The notes under the pieces: generated by a model | Seen by the model: only the letters and a program-made list of their open reading frames with translations | Database searches by the model: none | Told to the model about the DNA's origin: nothing | Shown here: piece after piece, positions 20,401 to 28,783 of the stretch | How the letters are laid out: each line of letters starts with the position of its first letter | How positions within the stretch are numbered: the stretch's first letter is position 1 | Source: Nitrospiraceae bacterium | Lineage (GTDB): Bacteria; Nitrospirota; Nitrospiria; Nitrospirales; UBA2166 | Length of the DNA: 64,000 nucleotides | Direction: 5' to 3' | NCBI GenBank assembly: GCA_002726235.1 | Contig: PBSN01000008.1 | Location: forward strand, 228,550-292,549 | Program-made: the position numbers and the translations under genes

Positions 20401-22587
20401 GCGCTGGCAGGAATTGATGTGCCGGGAGGCGAAGAAATATGCTGTGAAGATCGGCCGGCGTTTCGGCAAAATGAATTTACTCGGTATCGCTGGTATCTTG
20501 ATATTGAGATGATGGCCTTCTGGCATTTGCACCTTCAAGGCATTTTCGGGTTTTCGATGGGGGTGACGGGTGGAACGGTCGTAGAACCAGCGGGATCTGA
20601 GTACTTGGATCGGATCACAGGCGAGCCGATTTATCGTACCCATGTGGAGTTTCCTGAGCCGGAAGAATATGCGGAAGTTACCGAGAACCACAATACCTTG
20701 GCTGACGATCCGCGTATGTTCGGGGTTATCTCAAAACGTGGAGATGAGGCACCAACTGGTATTGGCATTATGACGCGCAGTATTTCGACTCCGCTGAATC
20801 CGGCGCGGCCTGAAATAGAAAATGCCGGTACGGAATTAGCTGATATCACGCCTGCGGATGAGCCCGCGTTCCGCGAAGCGGTTTTCTGGATGATTGATGA
20901 TGTGAATATGCTCTTGGCTGAGACTAACGAATTCACCACGCATATGGCTGGGCCTAGTGCCATGAATATGCGGGCTGAGCGCCTTGATAGTCGGATGAGA
21001 GAAACTGGAGCGGCTCCTCATGAGGTTCTTCAGACGAGTGCCGGTGATCCATCTACCCCGACGATTTTGGCTCATCCAGGGGATCGAGTGGTACTCCGGG
21101 TGTTTACGCAGGGTACTCAGGATGCCCACTCTCTTCGTTTTCCAGGCCAAAGGTTTGGCTGGGAACGGTTCAACGCAGATGGTCGAGTGCTTGATACGCT
21201 CACGGAAGCCATAGGCTCTTTCCAACACTATGAACTCATGGGTGGCGCTGGTGGGCCATCGAATGTTCCTGGCGATTACATGTGGTATATGCCTATCGGC
21301 GCGCTTGATTTTGCCAATGGTGCCTGGGGGATCATGAGGGTTGGGGATCCCACTGGCCTTCAAAGTATTGGAAATGGTGGGAGCACCGATGTCCCAGATA
21401 TCTGTGCTTCTGCGACTGGGACGCAGACATACAATGTGGCGGCAATCAAGTCACCTCGACGTACCTTGGAGGCAGCAAAGATATTTGTTTTGGCGGACGC
21501 GGATGGCAATCCTCTTTTGGATGAAGTTGAAAAGGGACAACCGCTGGTCATGCGTGCCAACAGTGGTGACTGCATAACGGTGCGACTGTTCAATCAGCTC
21601 GATGACGGACACGTTGGCATGACGCCTGGACTCTTAACCCTTGATCCGAACTCAAGTTACGGGTTTAATTTTGGCGACAATGCTGATGGTCAAACTGTCG
21701 CACCAGGTGACGATATTGTGTACACCTGGTACGCAGAACCACAGATGAAGCCGGCCGATGGTTCGTTGCTCAATCCCGATAAGGGCATTGGGGCTATTGA
21801 GTGGAGCAATCTGGGTAATAAGGAGCAAAAGCGGGCGTTGGGACTGAGTTACATTGCGAGCTTTGCAAATGTTCCGGAAGATCTGAATGATGGCTTGTTT
21901 GCCGCATTGGTCGTTGAACCTAAAGGGTCGTTCTGGTTTGATTCAGAAACAGGCAGGACTCTCAATCCGAAGAAACGCACTAGTGTGTCGGCCGTGATTG
22001 TGCCTCCGAATGGCAAGGCATTTCGCGAGCATGTCCTCTTTATGCATGAAAATTCCGTGGAGTTCATTTCGAATATTCGGCCACTTGATTCGGCTGTCAC
22101 GGCTGGTGCAGCGTTTAACTACCGACGTTCTCCTGGAGGCATGCTGACGAAAACTGATCCTCGAAAGATAAATAGTATTCATCTGGTCACTTCGCAGGCG
22201 GGTGATCCGACTAGGGTTCGGCTTGTCTATACGAACGGGTCGGAAGATGTTGCGTTTAGGCTTGATGGACATCGGGGACCGATTGAGGCGGGGACCAAAC
22301 ACTCAAATAACCTCAACGTTTGGCCGATGAATGTTGGGCACAAGCACGATATCGAACTAGATGGGGGGGCCAGTAGCTTCCCCGGCGATTACCTCTTTGG
22401 CGCAACTGAACATCGGAGGCTTATGGATGGCGGTCAATGGGGGATTTTTAGAGTGATTGATGCAGATGAGGCAGCGGCCTTGGGAGCCAAGGATCCGGAA
22501 ACCAGGCTTCGAGGATTTACGACGCTGGAGCGAGCGACTAAGAAAGCGCAGCGAAAGCGCGATAAGGGGAAGGAGCCAAACAGTTAG
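17431..22587 (+). CDS. mnxG: Large exported multicopper oxidase, MnxG type (putative Mn(II)/metal oxidase)
   Basis: Signal peptide. Cu motifs H476-x2-H479-x-H481, H588-C589-H590-x3-H594-x4-M599, H961-x-H963 (HPHMMHFDVQASDGVIIGFNYEQS) and H1032-x-H1034. Repeated cupredoxin starts PLVMRANVGDC / LVVRGNVGDC / PLVMRANSGDC. Confidence 0.85.
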   Translation: MAMLYTKYRKRFCDLAKLGVLSVAVGVLFLFGPLGVNVAVAEHEELSEQAAASPCPSNAPEREFNIAAFRVSIVYNTYGDTDPVGAMYAFVGEKDAILQQVDDNPGKPSWRVQPLVMRANVGDCIKMNLRNDLAGGASLTLSRAQYNVLNSEGTKIGRNETGDLIPAGGNHTYTFFIEDKSENQGSYHIHNTAAPTIENAYTGLFASLNVQAKGSRYISSYTGEDLNQEGDGGPAPHGGRWEAIIIPCEGVDPGESTSCDRLFDSPGAGPGTANPLYSFREHTIFYHDGLGAAGGWGAADNKFFLGTGKPESEACGEDANGCVVVQTHGTEEEPEKFTLTPRDFNIPGYSPRVPVELPVKGEXFIDGSPNQHNLAGMLALAGLIDGPIPNIGANSTPSGVELAPNNNNMSFNETRLFGKAINYRFEPFDIRESQDADESLNYSSYDGGDPAAIIPRSYNGDPTVRRLLHXGGEERHIPHLHGMHRWPRQPYAERDRETGKFISKIYMLGTVEPEDGMGLTEQIARTATLLKNRSTNETTSQGASLNHVKSTVSSIIDVELIEPHTVRDMELECGAGSCEGEVGDFTEHCHVADHYTAGMWHFWRVTNVRQANLFPLPGRIAPPDPVDSIGLLASGTTLDGRKFCATGAEDCPEIESDDFVNIDQWVRHLLPLKGVPEGCGTENPRACPHPQNVVACPSLEGLTGNELLAAHQCQIRGYDADRYDYTSRLVGGQPLYLNEPDGPTFENFPNSPNGQGDFGGIGDAQGRFSNWKDTPIDSGGDDIEAIRANLPGPSPGQRPLLLFNPEDGRLAYPHHRPHRGKRPPLPGPPLADDSGSAHSGAPFLGEVSTMSPGTDPITAPKAELGTRPAGLCPQDAPVRSYDIVVTPVLGDGAVYNRFGDRDPNAAIHVLANDESELQSGMRQPHTLVVRGNVGDCMDIQYRNHLTDANPIQEEFSKANMHPHMMHFDVQASDGVIIGFNYEQSIRPSKDALAGIDVPGGEEICCEDRPAFRQNEFTRYRWYLDIEMMAFWHLHLQGIFGFSMGVTGGTVVEPAGSEYLDRITGEPIYRTHVEFPEPEEYAEVTENHNTLADDPRMFGVISKRGDEAPTGIGIMTRSISTPLNPARPEIENAGTELADITPADEPAFREAVFWMIDDVNMLLAETNEFTTHMAGPSAMNMRAERLDSRMRETGAAPHEVLQTSAGDPSTPTILAHPGDRVVLRVFTQGTQDAHSLRFPGQRFGWERFNADGRVLDTLTEAIGSFQHYELMGGAGGPSNVPGDYMWYMPIGALDFANGAWGIMRVGDPTGLQSIGNGGSTDVPDICASATGTQTYNVAAIKSPRRTLEAAKIFVLADADGNPLLDEVEKGQPLVMRANSGDCITVRLFNQLDDGHVGMTPGLLTLDPNSSYGFNFGDNADGQTVAPGDDIVYTWYAEPQMKPADGSLLNPDKGIGAIEWSNLGNKEQKRALGLSYIASFANVPEDLNDGLFAALVVEPKGSFWFDSETGRTLNPKKRTSVSAVIVPPNGKAFREHVLFMHENSVEFISNIRPLDSAVTAGAAFNYRRSPGGMLTKTDPRKINSIHLVTSQAGDPTRVRLVYTNGSEDVAFRLDGHRGPIEAGTKHSNNLNVWPMNVGHKHDIELDGGASSFPGDYLFGATEHRRLMDGGQWGIFRVIDADEAAALGAKDPETRLRGFTTLERATKKAQRKRDKGKEPNS

Positions 22588-22670
22588 TTAGGGATAGGTG
22601 CCCCTGCTGTTTGTGGGAGACATATGTAAGAACTGAGTTTTGAATTGTACAGCGCTAACGCAGTGTAGTG

Positions 22671-22720
22671 CCGCCCTGTCTGACGCTCGGAGAATTGGAA
22701 GCGTTGGTCAGGGCGGTTTC
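22671..22720 (+). terminator. Intergenic hairpin after the MCO (weak terminator or mRNA stabiliser)
   Basis: CCGCCCTG..GACGCT / AGCGTT..CAGGGCGG followed by TTTC. Confidence 0.45.
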
Positions 22721-22741
22721 TATTGTAGTAGGATCTTGTAA

Positions 22742-25489
22742 ATGAAAACATTGTATCGAGCATTTTCACCCTCTTTTTTAACCGTATTACTTTTACTCTC
22801 CCTGTCTCTTTCTCCTGTTTTTGCCGAGGCAACTCGATCTGCCGCTCTTTGGGCCTTGAGCGATGATCTGCCGCAGTTTGATGCGGTCCTATGGACGACT
22901 CCTGCAAACCCTTCTGCCGAGGAGGAGACAGTTATTGATGTTTCAATTCGTTATGGCCTGGGGTATGGGGGAACGACGACGCCTGGAGATCCGGTTCAGA
23001 ATCTTCAAACGCTATATGGCCGAACCATTGAACTTTTTGTGATTTCCGAGAATCTGGACCATTTTGCCAGGCTTCGCCCTGAGCAGTTTAGTGCAGTTCC
23101 AGTGCATATGAAGGAAACCGCGATGTTCCAACTTCGGCATCGTTTTCCTTGGGGAGGACGATACAGGCTTGTGACCACCTTCGCCCATCGTGGCAAGGTC
23201 TATCAGAAGCAGTTTGACCTGCGTATTCCTGGTTCGCCAATCCTCGCTTCTGGCTCTCGTGATCTTAGTCGTCAGAAGGTTTTTGATCGTTACAGTGTCT
23301 CACTTGAGGTGCAGCCTGACAGCCCAATAGCTGGTAGTGAGGTGCAGTTTCGCTATCGGATCCATACTGATGGGAACGAGCCGGTCGTTGATTTGGAGGC
23401 ATTTGAGGGGACTGAGATGCGCGTAGCATATGTCCGCGATGATCTTCGCTTTTTCGCGCTTGAAGACCCTCAACTTGCGGAAGATTCTGCGGCCGTTCCG
23501 GTCGTTCCTCGCTTGGTTACCAAACGGCTCTATGGCAGGGGACTTTTGAAAGAAATCTTGCCTGATGGACGCATGATGATTGAACACGGGCCGATTAAAA
23601 ACCTTGTATCGATTGCAGGGAAGATGCCGTTTCGAGTAGTCGATGCAGACGCGTTGAGAAAAGTGCATTCGGGGGATTGGGTGGAATTTTGGCTGATAAA
23701 TGATCGAGCATCCGGGCTTGTCGTGACGCGGATTGAGCCTCTGAGTAGTCTGGGCTTGGGAGAGAATCCGGACGCGATTCGGCCATCTTCAGCCCATCCG
23801 TTGTTTCCAGGACCGGTCGTGCCGATCCGGCATACATTTCCATCATCCGGACTCTATGTGGCGTTTGGTCAGTTCAAGCATCAGGGAAGTTTGGTCACAA
23901 CGCGGTTTATGGTCAATGTGAGTGATTTTGCTGTGGTCAGCGCGCGGGAGGAGTCGACACGGCACAGTGCGACACTCAATGCTCAGAGCGTGTTGACGCC
24001 ACAGGAACAAAACGGCAGGATGATCTATACTTCCTCGACCAGTTTGTCCAAAGAATTGATTAACCTCAGTATCGGTGATGGACAGCTATTTCCAGCCAAT
24101 CGCGTGACGTGTGCAAACTGTCATGGGCGTGATGGGCAGGGGAGTCGTGAAGGAGGTGCGGTCGCCTCTGACATCCGGCACGCTACTCTCAGTAAGCCAT
24201 ATTCCACGACAACAGAATCTGGACGAACTCGCTCGCCATACACGAATAAGCTTTTGAAACGTGCGATTGTTGAAGGGATCGACTCGAATGGCCATGTTCT
24301 GGATTTTGCGATGCCGCGCTGGAAGATGTCGGATCAAGATCTCGAAGATCTTATTGCATACCTTCAGCGACTGGGGGCGCTTGAAGCTCCGGGGGTAACA
24401 GAGACTACGATAAAGCTCGGAACTATTCTTGACTTGTCGGGGCCGCTCGCGCGGACCGGAGAAGCAGTGCGCCGTGTTATGGAAAATGTTTTCCAGACTG
24501 TGAATGCCGGAAAAAAGGTGTACGGGCGATCAATCGAACTTGTTGTCGCTGATGGCAAGAACGATCCACGCCTGTCACTTTTAGCGGCAAAGCGACTAGT
24601 CGAGCAGGATCGTGTTCTTGGGTTTGTTGGAACCTTGGGGGATGCGGCGAATCGGCTGGTGGTTCCCTATTTGGACGAGAAAGATATTCCGCTTGTGGCA
24701 CCCCTCGCTCCTGCATTACAGCCCGCAGAGTTTGCAGCCGATCAACTTTTTTCCATTTATCCTTCGTTGGATTATCAGGCTAGGGTATTGGTTGACTATG
24801 GCATGGGCCAAAAGCCGGCTTCGTTTGCCGTGCTCTATTCCGATAACTCGTTTGGTAAGGCAGGGCTCAAGGCAGCGAGGGATCAATTATCTCTTTACCA
24901 TGTGGAACCGGTTGCCGAATTTTCTCACGTTTTTGGCAGGCTGGACGCTGAGAAGATTGCCAAGCTCTTTAAGGAGAGCAATGCGGATTTTGTGCTCCTC
25001 TTGACCGGTGATCCTTCGGTGATTGATGTTATTGCGGTAGCGGATCGTTTATCGTATTCTCCAGTCTATCTCGGACACAATCTTCTCGTCACGGGAACCA
25101 TGTTGCAAATTCCAAGGGCTGGTGAACGGGTGGTCTTGGCTCAAAATTTCCGGTCCGGTAGGGTGCAGCATCCTTGGGTGGAAGAATTCACTGAGGTCCT
25201 GAAGGCTGTTCCCGGTTCTGGGCGCGACCGCGTTCTGCAGATCTCTGCTTTTGTTGCGGCAAAGGTGATACTGGACGGTTTGAGGAACGCAGGAAATGAT
25301 CTGACGCGTGCATCCCTTGTCACAGGTTTGGAGAAAGTGAATCTGGATACTGGGCTTCTTGGAACCATTCGCTATAGCCAACAGAGTCATGAAGGATCGT
25401 TTGGAATTTCACTTGTGAAACCTGATGGGCTTCGTAAGACCTTTCCCCTTGTCGCAGACCGACGTGAGCCTGTTACGCGTAGCCACTAA
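22742..25489 (+). CDS. Exported fusion: metal-binding beta-sandwich repeats + CusF-like insert + monoheme cytochrome c + type-1 (LivJ-like) periplasmic binding domain
   Basis: Signal peptide. Two repeats ending RHRFPWGGRY / RHTFPSSGLY. CusF-like IEHGPIKNL..MPFRV..GDWVEF. C457ANC460H with distal AMPRW. GVTETTIKLG..LSGP..GRSIELVVAD binding-protein fold. Confidence 0.8.
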   Translation: MKTLYRAFSPSFLTVLLLLSLSLSPVFAEATRSAALWALSDDLPQFDAVLWTTPANPSAEEETVIDVSIRYGLGYGGTTTPGDPVQNLQTLYGRTIELFVISENLDHFARLRPEQFSAVPVHMKETAMFQLRHRFPWGGRYRLVTTFAHRGKVYQKQFDLRIPGSPILASGSRDLSRQKVFDRYSVSLEVQPDSPIAGSEVQFRYRIHTDGNEPVVDLEAFEGTEMRVAYVRDDLRFFALEDPQLAEDSAAVPVVPRLVTKRLYGRGLLKEILPDGRMMIEHGPIKNLVSIAGKMPFRVVDADALRKVHSGDWVEFWLINDRASGLVVTRIEPLSSLGLGENPDAIRPSSAHPLFPGPVVPIRHTFPSSGLYVAFGQFKHQGSLVTTRFMVNVSDFAVVSAREESTRHSATLNAQSVLTPQEQNGRMIYTSSTSLSKELINLSIGDGQLFPANRVTCANCHGRDGQGSREGGAVASDIRHATLSKPYSTTTESGRTRSPYTNKLLKRAIVEGIDSNGHVLDFAMPRWKMSDQDLEDLIAYLQRLGALEAPGVTETTIKLGTILDLSGPLARTGEAVRRVMENVFQTVNAGKKVYGRSIELVVADGKNDPRLSLLAAKRLVEQDRVLGFVGTLGDAANRLVVPYLDEKDIPLVAPLAPALQPAEFAADQLFSIYPSLDYQARVLVDYGMGQKPASFAVLYSDNSFGKAGLKAARDQLSLYHVEPVAEFSHVFGRLDAEKIAKLFKESNADFVLLLTGDPSVIDVIAVADRLSYSPVYLGHNLLVTGTMLQIPRAGERVVLAQNFRSGRVQHPWVEEFTEVLKAVPGSGRDRVLQISAFVAAKVILDGLRNAGNDLTRASLVTGLEKVNLDTGLLGTIRYSQQSHEGSFGISLVKPDGLRKTFPLVADRREPVTRSH

Positions 25490-25501
25490 GGGCATAGTGA
25501 T

Positions 25502-27013
25502 ATGACGATACGGGCATTCCTGTGCTCGGTCATCATGCTCATTGCTAGCATCAGTGCTTGGGATGATGCATTGGCGACAACACCGTTCCCTTCCAAGCAG
25601 AAATCTCTCGGGGTTTCCATTGAATTTGAGGCATCTCATCCTGTTTATGTCGGTGATGGGGCCACACTGGATTTTCGTGTTTCCGATGCGGTGACAAATC
25701 AGCCAATTCGAGCACTTCGGCCGGAGTCTGCGGTACGACTCAACAATGGAGAAAGGAATCTCAACCTTTGTGGCGCGAATATGAAAACCAAATCTCGCCG
25801 GTATGGTAGCCACACTCCAGTCCAATTTAACTCCTATATTGTGGCGTTGAACAGTCTTGAAGGTACTCTGAGTGTGATGAATCCTGGTCGCACGTCCCGC
25901 ATGCTCATCAAGAAAATCGAGCTTGGTGGTTCTGGAAATGATATTGCACTAGCTTGGCTTGGACGGTACATCTATGTGACTGTTGAGCCAAACGAGTTAG
26001 TGGTTGTGGACGGGGTCCATATGGAGCCGGTTCGGCGACTTGAGGTCGGAACTCATCCCCATCATCTCGCCATTCAACCGGACGGTAAGTACGTGTGGGT
26101 TGCTCATGATGGTGATGCGTCAGTCAGCGTGATTGATACTGATATACACAAGATTGTTGCCACAGTTCCTGTTGGTCGAGGGCATCACGATTTTGCTATG
26201 ACCGATGACAGCCGCTATGTTGCGGTCACCAATCAGGAGGACCATACGGTGACCTTGATCTCGGTGCGTGATTTGGCGCCGGTTGGAACAGTCGCTGTCG
26301 GACGTAGACCGCATGGCGTTGGGTACTCATCATTAAGCCGTTCATTCTATGTGGCCAATGAAGGCGATGGAACGTTGACTGTCATCAATGTCGCGAGGCC
26401 TAGCGTGCACAAAACGATTTCCGTCGGAAAGGGAGTTCGTGTTGTGAGATTTGAAAAAGGAGGACGATGGGGCTATGCACTCAACCGGGAAGAGAATACA
26501 GCCACCATCGTTGATGCCACGACGGATACGGCGGTTGAAACGTTCCCGACTGGAATTGCGCCGGACGATATTGTCTTTGAATACGATTGGGCCTTTATTC
26601 GGAACGCGGGAAGTGCCGATGTGACGATTGTGAGCCTTCGTCACCAAGGGTTGCTCCAAAACTTTCCTGTGGGCCATTTTCCTCCGAATCATGTCGATAT
26701 ACCTCAAGATCATTCGTCATTAGTCAGCTTTGGCGATGGCCATCAGGTCCTTGTTCCCAATCCGGCTGATGGGGCTGTGTACCAGATGATGGCCGGTGGG
26801 GTGGTTGGAGCATCGAGGGTGTTTGAAACCAAAGGGCGTGGGCCAACTCGTGCAGTTGTGTATTGGCGGGGTCTAAGAGAGGTAAGTCCAGGTCTTTACC
26901 GTCGAGTGCGCACTTTCGATCAACCAGGGCGTCACGAAATCGGATTTTATGTGTCCAGTCCGCAAGTAGCAACCTGCTTTGAACTTACCGTTTTACCTGC
27001 GCTACCACCCTGA
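25502..27013 (+). CDS. Exported YVTN/YncE-family beta-propeller (cytochrome d1-like fold)
   Basis: Signal peptide; repeats YIYVT, YVWVA, YVAVTN, FYVAN with VGxxPH turns. Confidence 0.85.
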   Translation: MTIRAFLCSVIMLIASISAWDDALATTPFPSKQKSLGVSIEFEASHPVYVGDGATLDFRVSDAVTNQPIRALRPESAVRLNNGERNLNLCGANMKTKSRRYGSHTPVQFNSYIVALNSLEGTLSVMNPGRTSRMLIKKIELGGSGNDIALAWLGRYIYVTVEPNELVVVDGVHMEPVRRLEVGTHPHHLAIQPDGKYVWVAHDGDASVSVIDTDIHKIVATVPVGRGHHDFAMTDDSRYVAVTNQEDHTVTLISVRDLAPVGTVAVGRRPHGVGYSSLSRSFYVANEGDGTLTVINVARPSVHKTISVGKGVRVVRFEKGGRWGYALNREENTATIVDATTDTAVETFPTGIAPDDIVFEYDWAFIRNAGSADVTIVSLRHQGLLQNFPVGHFPPNHVDIPQDHSSLVSFGDGHQVLVPNPADGAVYQMMAGGVVGASRVFETKGRGPTRAVVYWRGLREVSPGLYRRVRTFDQPGRHEIGFYVSSPQVATCFELTVLPALPP

Positions 27014-27081
27014 TCTAGAGATGGAGTTGCTTCCCTTTAAATCTTTCGCGGCTCATTCCTAGTTATGGTATAAAAGTAGGC

Positions 27082-28275
27082 GTGATTAGCCGGACGTCTT
27101 TCATAAAGGGAAGTTTGATTGTACTTCCGCTTCTCCTATGGTTTTTTGTCGAGTCAGTATTGGCGTTGCCACGATTTTCTATGCGGACTGGAGTACAATG
27201 TATTACTTGCCATGTGAACCCAAGTGGTGGGGGGATGCGGACTGAGGCCGGATCTCTTTACAGTCGTATGAGTATTCCTTATAAACCGTCCCTCCGAACT
27301 ACGGGCAAGAGGTTTACACCGAAAATTAACGAGTTTTTTACTTTTGGAACGGATTTACGGGTGATGGCATTTGATGATGATCGAGGCACCACATCGGTAT
27401 TTCCTATGCAAGCTGATTTCTACTTTTCTGCACGACTGACGGACAAAGTCACGTTGTATCACGATCAAGGCTTTCGTCGGGGGCTGGATCTTAATAATTT
27501 TGAAACATTTGCTCTTGCACAGGTGTTGCCGTTTGATGGCTATGTCAAGGTCGGAAAATTTGTTCCCGCGTTTGGATTAAAGCTCGACAACCATACCGCG
27601 TTTATTCGAGGCGGAAATTCAAGCACGGCTGGAGCTGGATCTCGCGCACCAGATTTTGCAAGTTTTACAAACGGGACGGGGTTTAGTCAGCAAGACAAAG
27701 ATGAGGGGGTGGAAGTCGGTTTTTATCCTAGGAATGCATCAATCCAGATTGCGGTGCTCAATGGAGGACGCGATAGCACAAACGACTTTGACACCAATAC
27801 GAGTAAAGCATTTGCTTCACGTGCCGACTACATTTTTGATTTTGATGTTGCGCGAGCGACAATTGGTGGGTCGTTCTATCAGAATGATGGATCCTCATCA
27901 TTAGAAACGATTTATGCGACGCACTTCGGGGCGAATTGGTCAAAGTTTACGTATTTGGGCGAAGTTGATTGGGAAACGCTCGACGACGAGATGGCACGGG
28001 AAGGTGTGAGGCGGGGTGTACGACGTACTGCGTCATACCACGAATTGAATTATCTTGCAGTTCGAGGCATAGACCTAAAAATGATATATGAATTTATTGA
28101 TCCAGATCGTGAAATCAACGATGATTCACTTACCAGAATTAGTGGCGGAGTCGAGTTTTTTCCACTTCCGCATCAGGAGATCAGGCTTGAGTATAGGCAT
28201 ACGCTGGGAAATCGAGACGTGAACCCAGATGCAAATCTGAATGAGGTTATCATGATGTACCACGTTTTTTTCTGA
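27082..28275 (+). CDS. Outer-membrane beta-barrel with N-terminal heme c motif (Cyc2-like fused cytochrome-porin)
   Basis: Signal peptide, then LPRFSMRTGVQ-C40ITC43H; amphipathic strands, VKVGKFVPAFG and a C-terminal Phe (MYHVFF). Confidence 0.75.
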   Translation: MISRTSFIKGSLIVLPLLLWFFVESVLALPRFSMRTGVQCITCHVNPSGGGMRTEAGSLYSRMSIPYKPSLRTTGKRFTPKINEFFTFGTDLRVMAFDDDRGTTSVFPMQADFYFSARLTDKVTLYHDQGFRRGLDLNNFETFALAQVLPFDGYVKVGKFVPAFGLKLDNHTAFIRGGNSSTAGAGSRAPDFASFTNGTGFSQQDKDEGVEVGFYPRNASIQIAVLNGGRDSTNDFDTNTSKAFASRADYIFDFDVARATIGGSFYQNDGSSSLETIYATHFGANWSKFTYLGEVDWETLDDEMAREGVRRGVRRTASYHELNYLAVRGIDLKMIYEFIDPDREINDDSLTRISGGVEFFPLPHQEIRLEYRHTLGNRDVNPDANLNEVIMMYHVFF

Positions 28276-28348
28276 CCTTACGTTGTTTGCGAATATGAAA
28301 TAATTTGTGATAGATATTGCGACACAGATAATCACAATGGAGGATCGA

Positions 28349-28783
28349 ATGAAACTTTATTCTGTACATGCAAATGGGTTTCCACTGCAGGTGGGAGGGC
28401 TAGTGTTGCTTATGGCCGTTTTGGTGATCAGTGGGGGGGTAGCATATGCGGGTCTTGAGGGTGCGGGAGAATCCCTGAAGCACATGGATGCCGCCGTGGT
28501 AACGATCGAGGATGCCGCAAAGCATGCAAGCCAAGGGCATGGCGATCAAGTTTCATCGCATTCAAGTCAAGCGATTACGCATGCTGAGCAAGCCATCAAA
28601 GCAATGCCGACGGGAAACGCACACGCGCGGGAATCGCTGACGTTGCTCAAAGAAGCTGTTGAAAACCTGAACAAAGCAACGCAATTTGCGAATGAAGGGA
28701 ACACTAGAAAGGCAACCAATCATGTGAATCTGGCACTCGACTTTGTTGATGCTGCGATTTTACACCTTCGTCATAGCCACTGA
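28349..28783 (+). CDS. smbP: Small metal-binding protein SmbP
   Basis: Signal peptide and helical His/Ala-rich repeats (KHASQGHGDQVSSHSSQAITHAEQA). ATG 28349 follows GGAGG. Confidence 0.8.
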   Translation: MKLYSVHANGFPLQVGGLVLLMAVLVISGGVAYAGLEGAGESLKHMDAAVVTIEDAAKHASQGHGDQVSSHSSQAITHAEQAIKAMPTGNAHARESLTLLKEAVENLNKATQFANEGNTRKATNHVNLALDFVDAAILHLRHSH

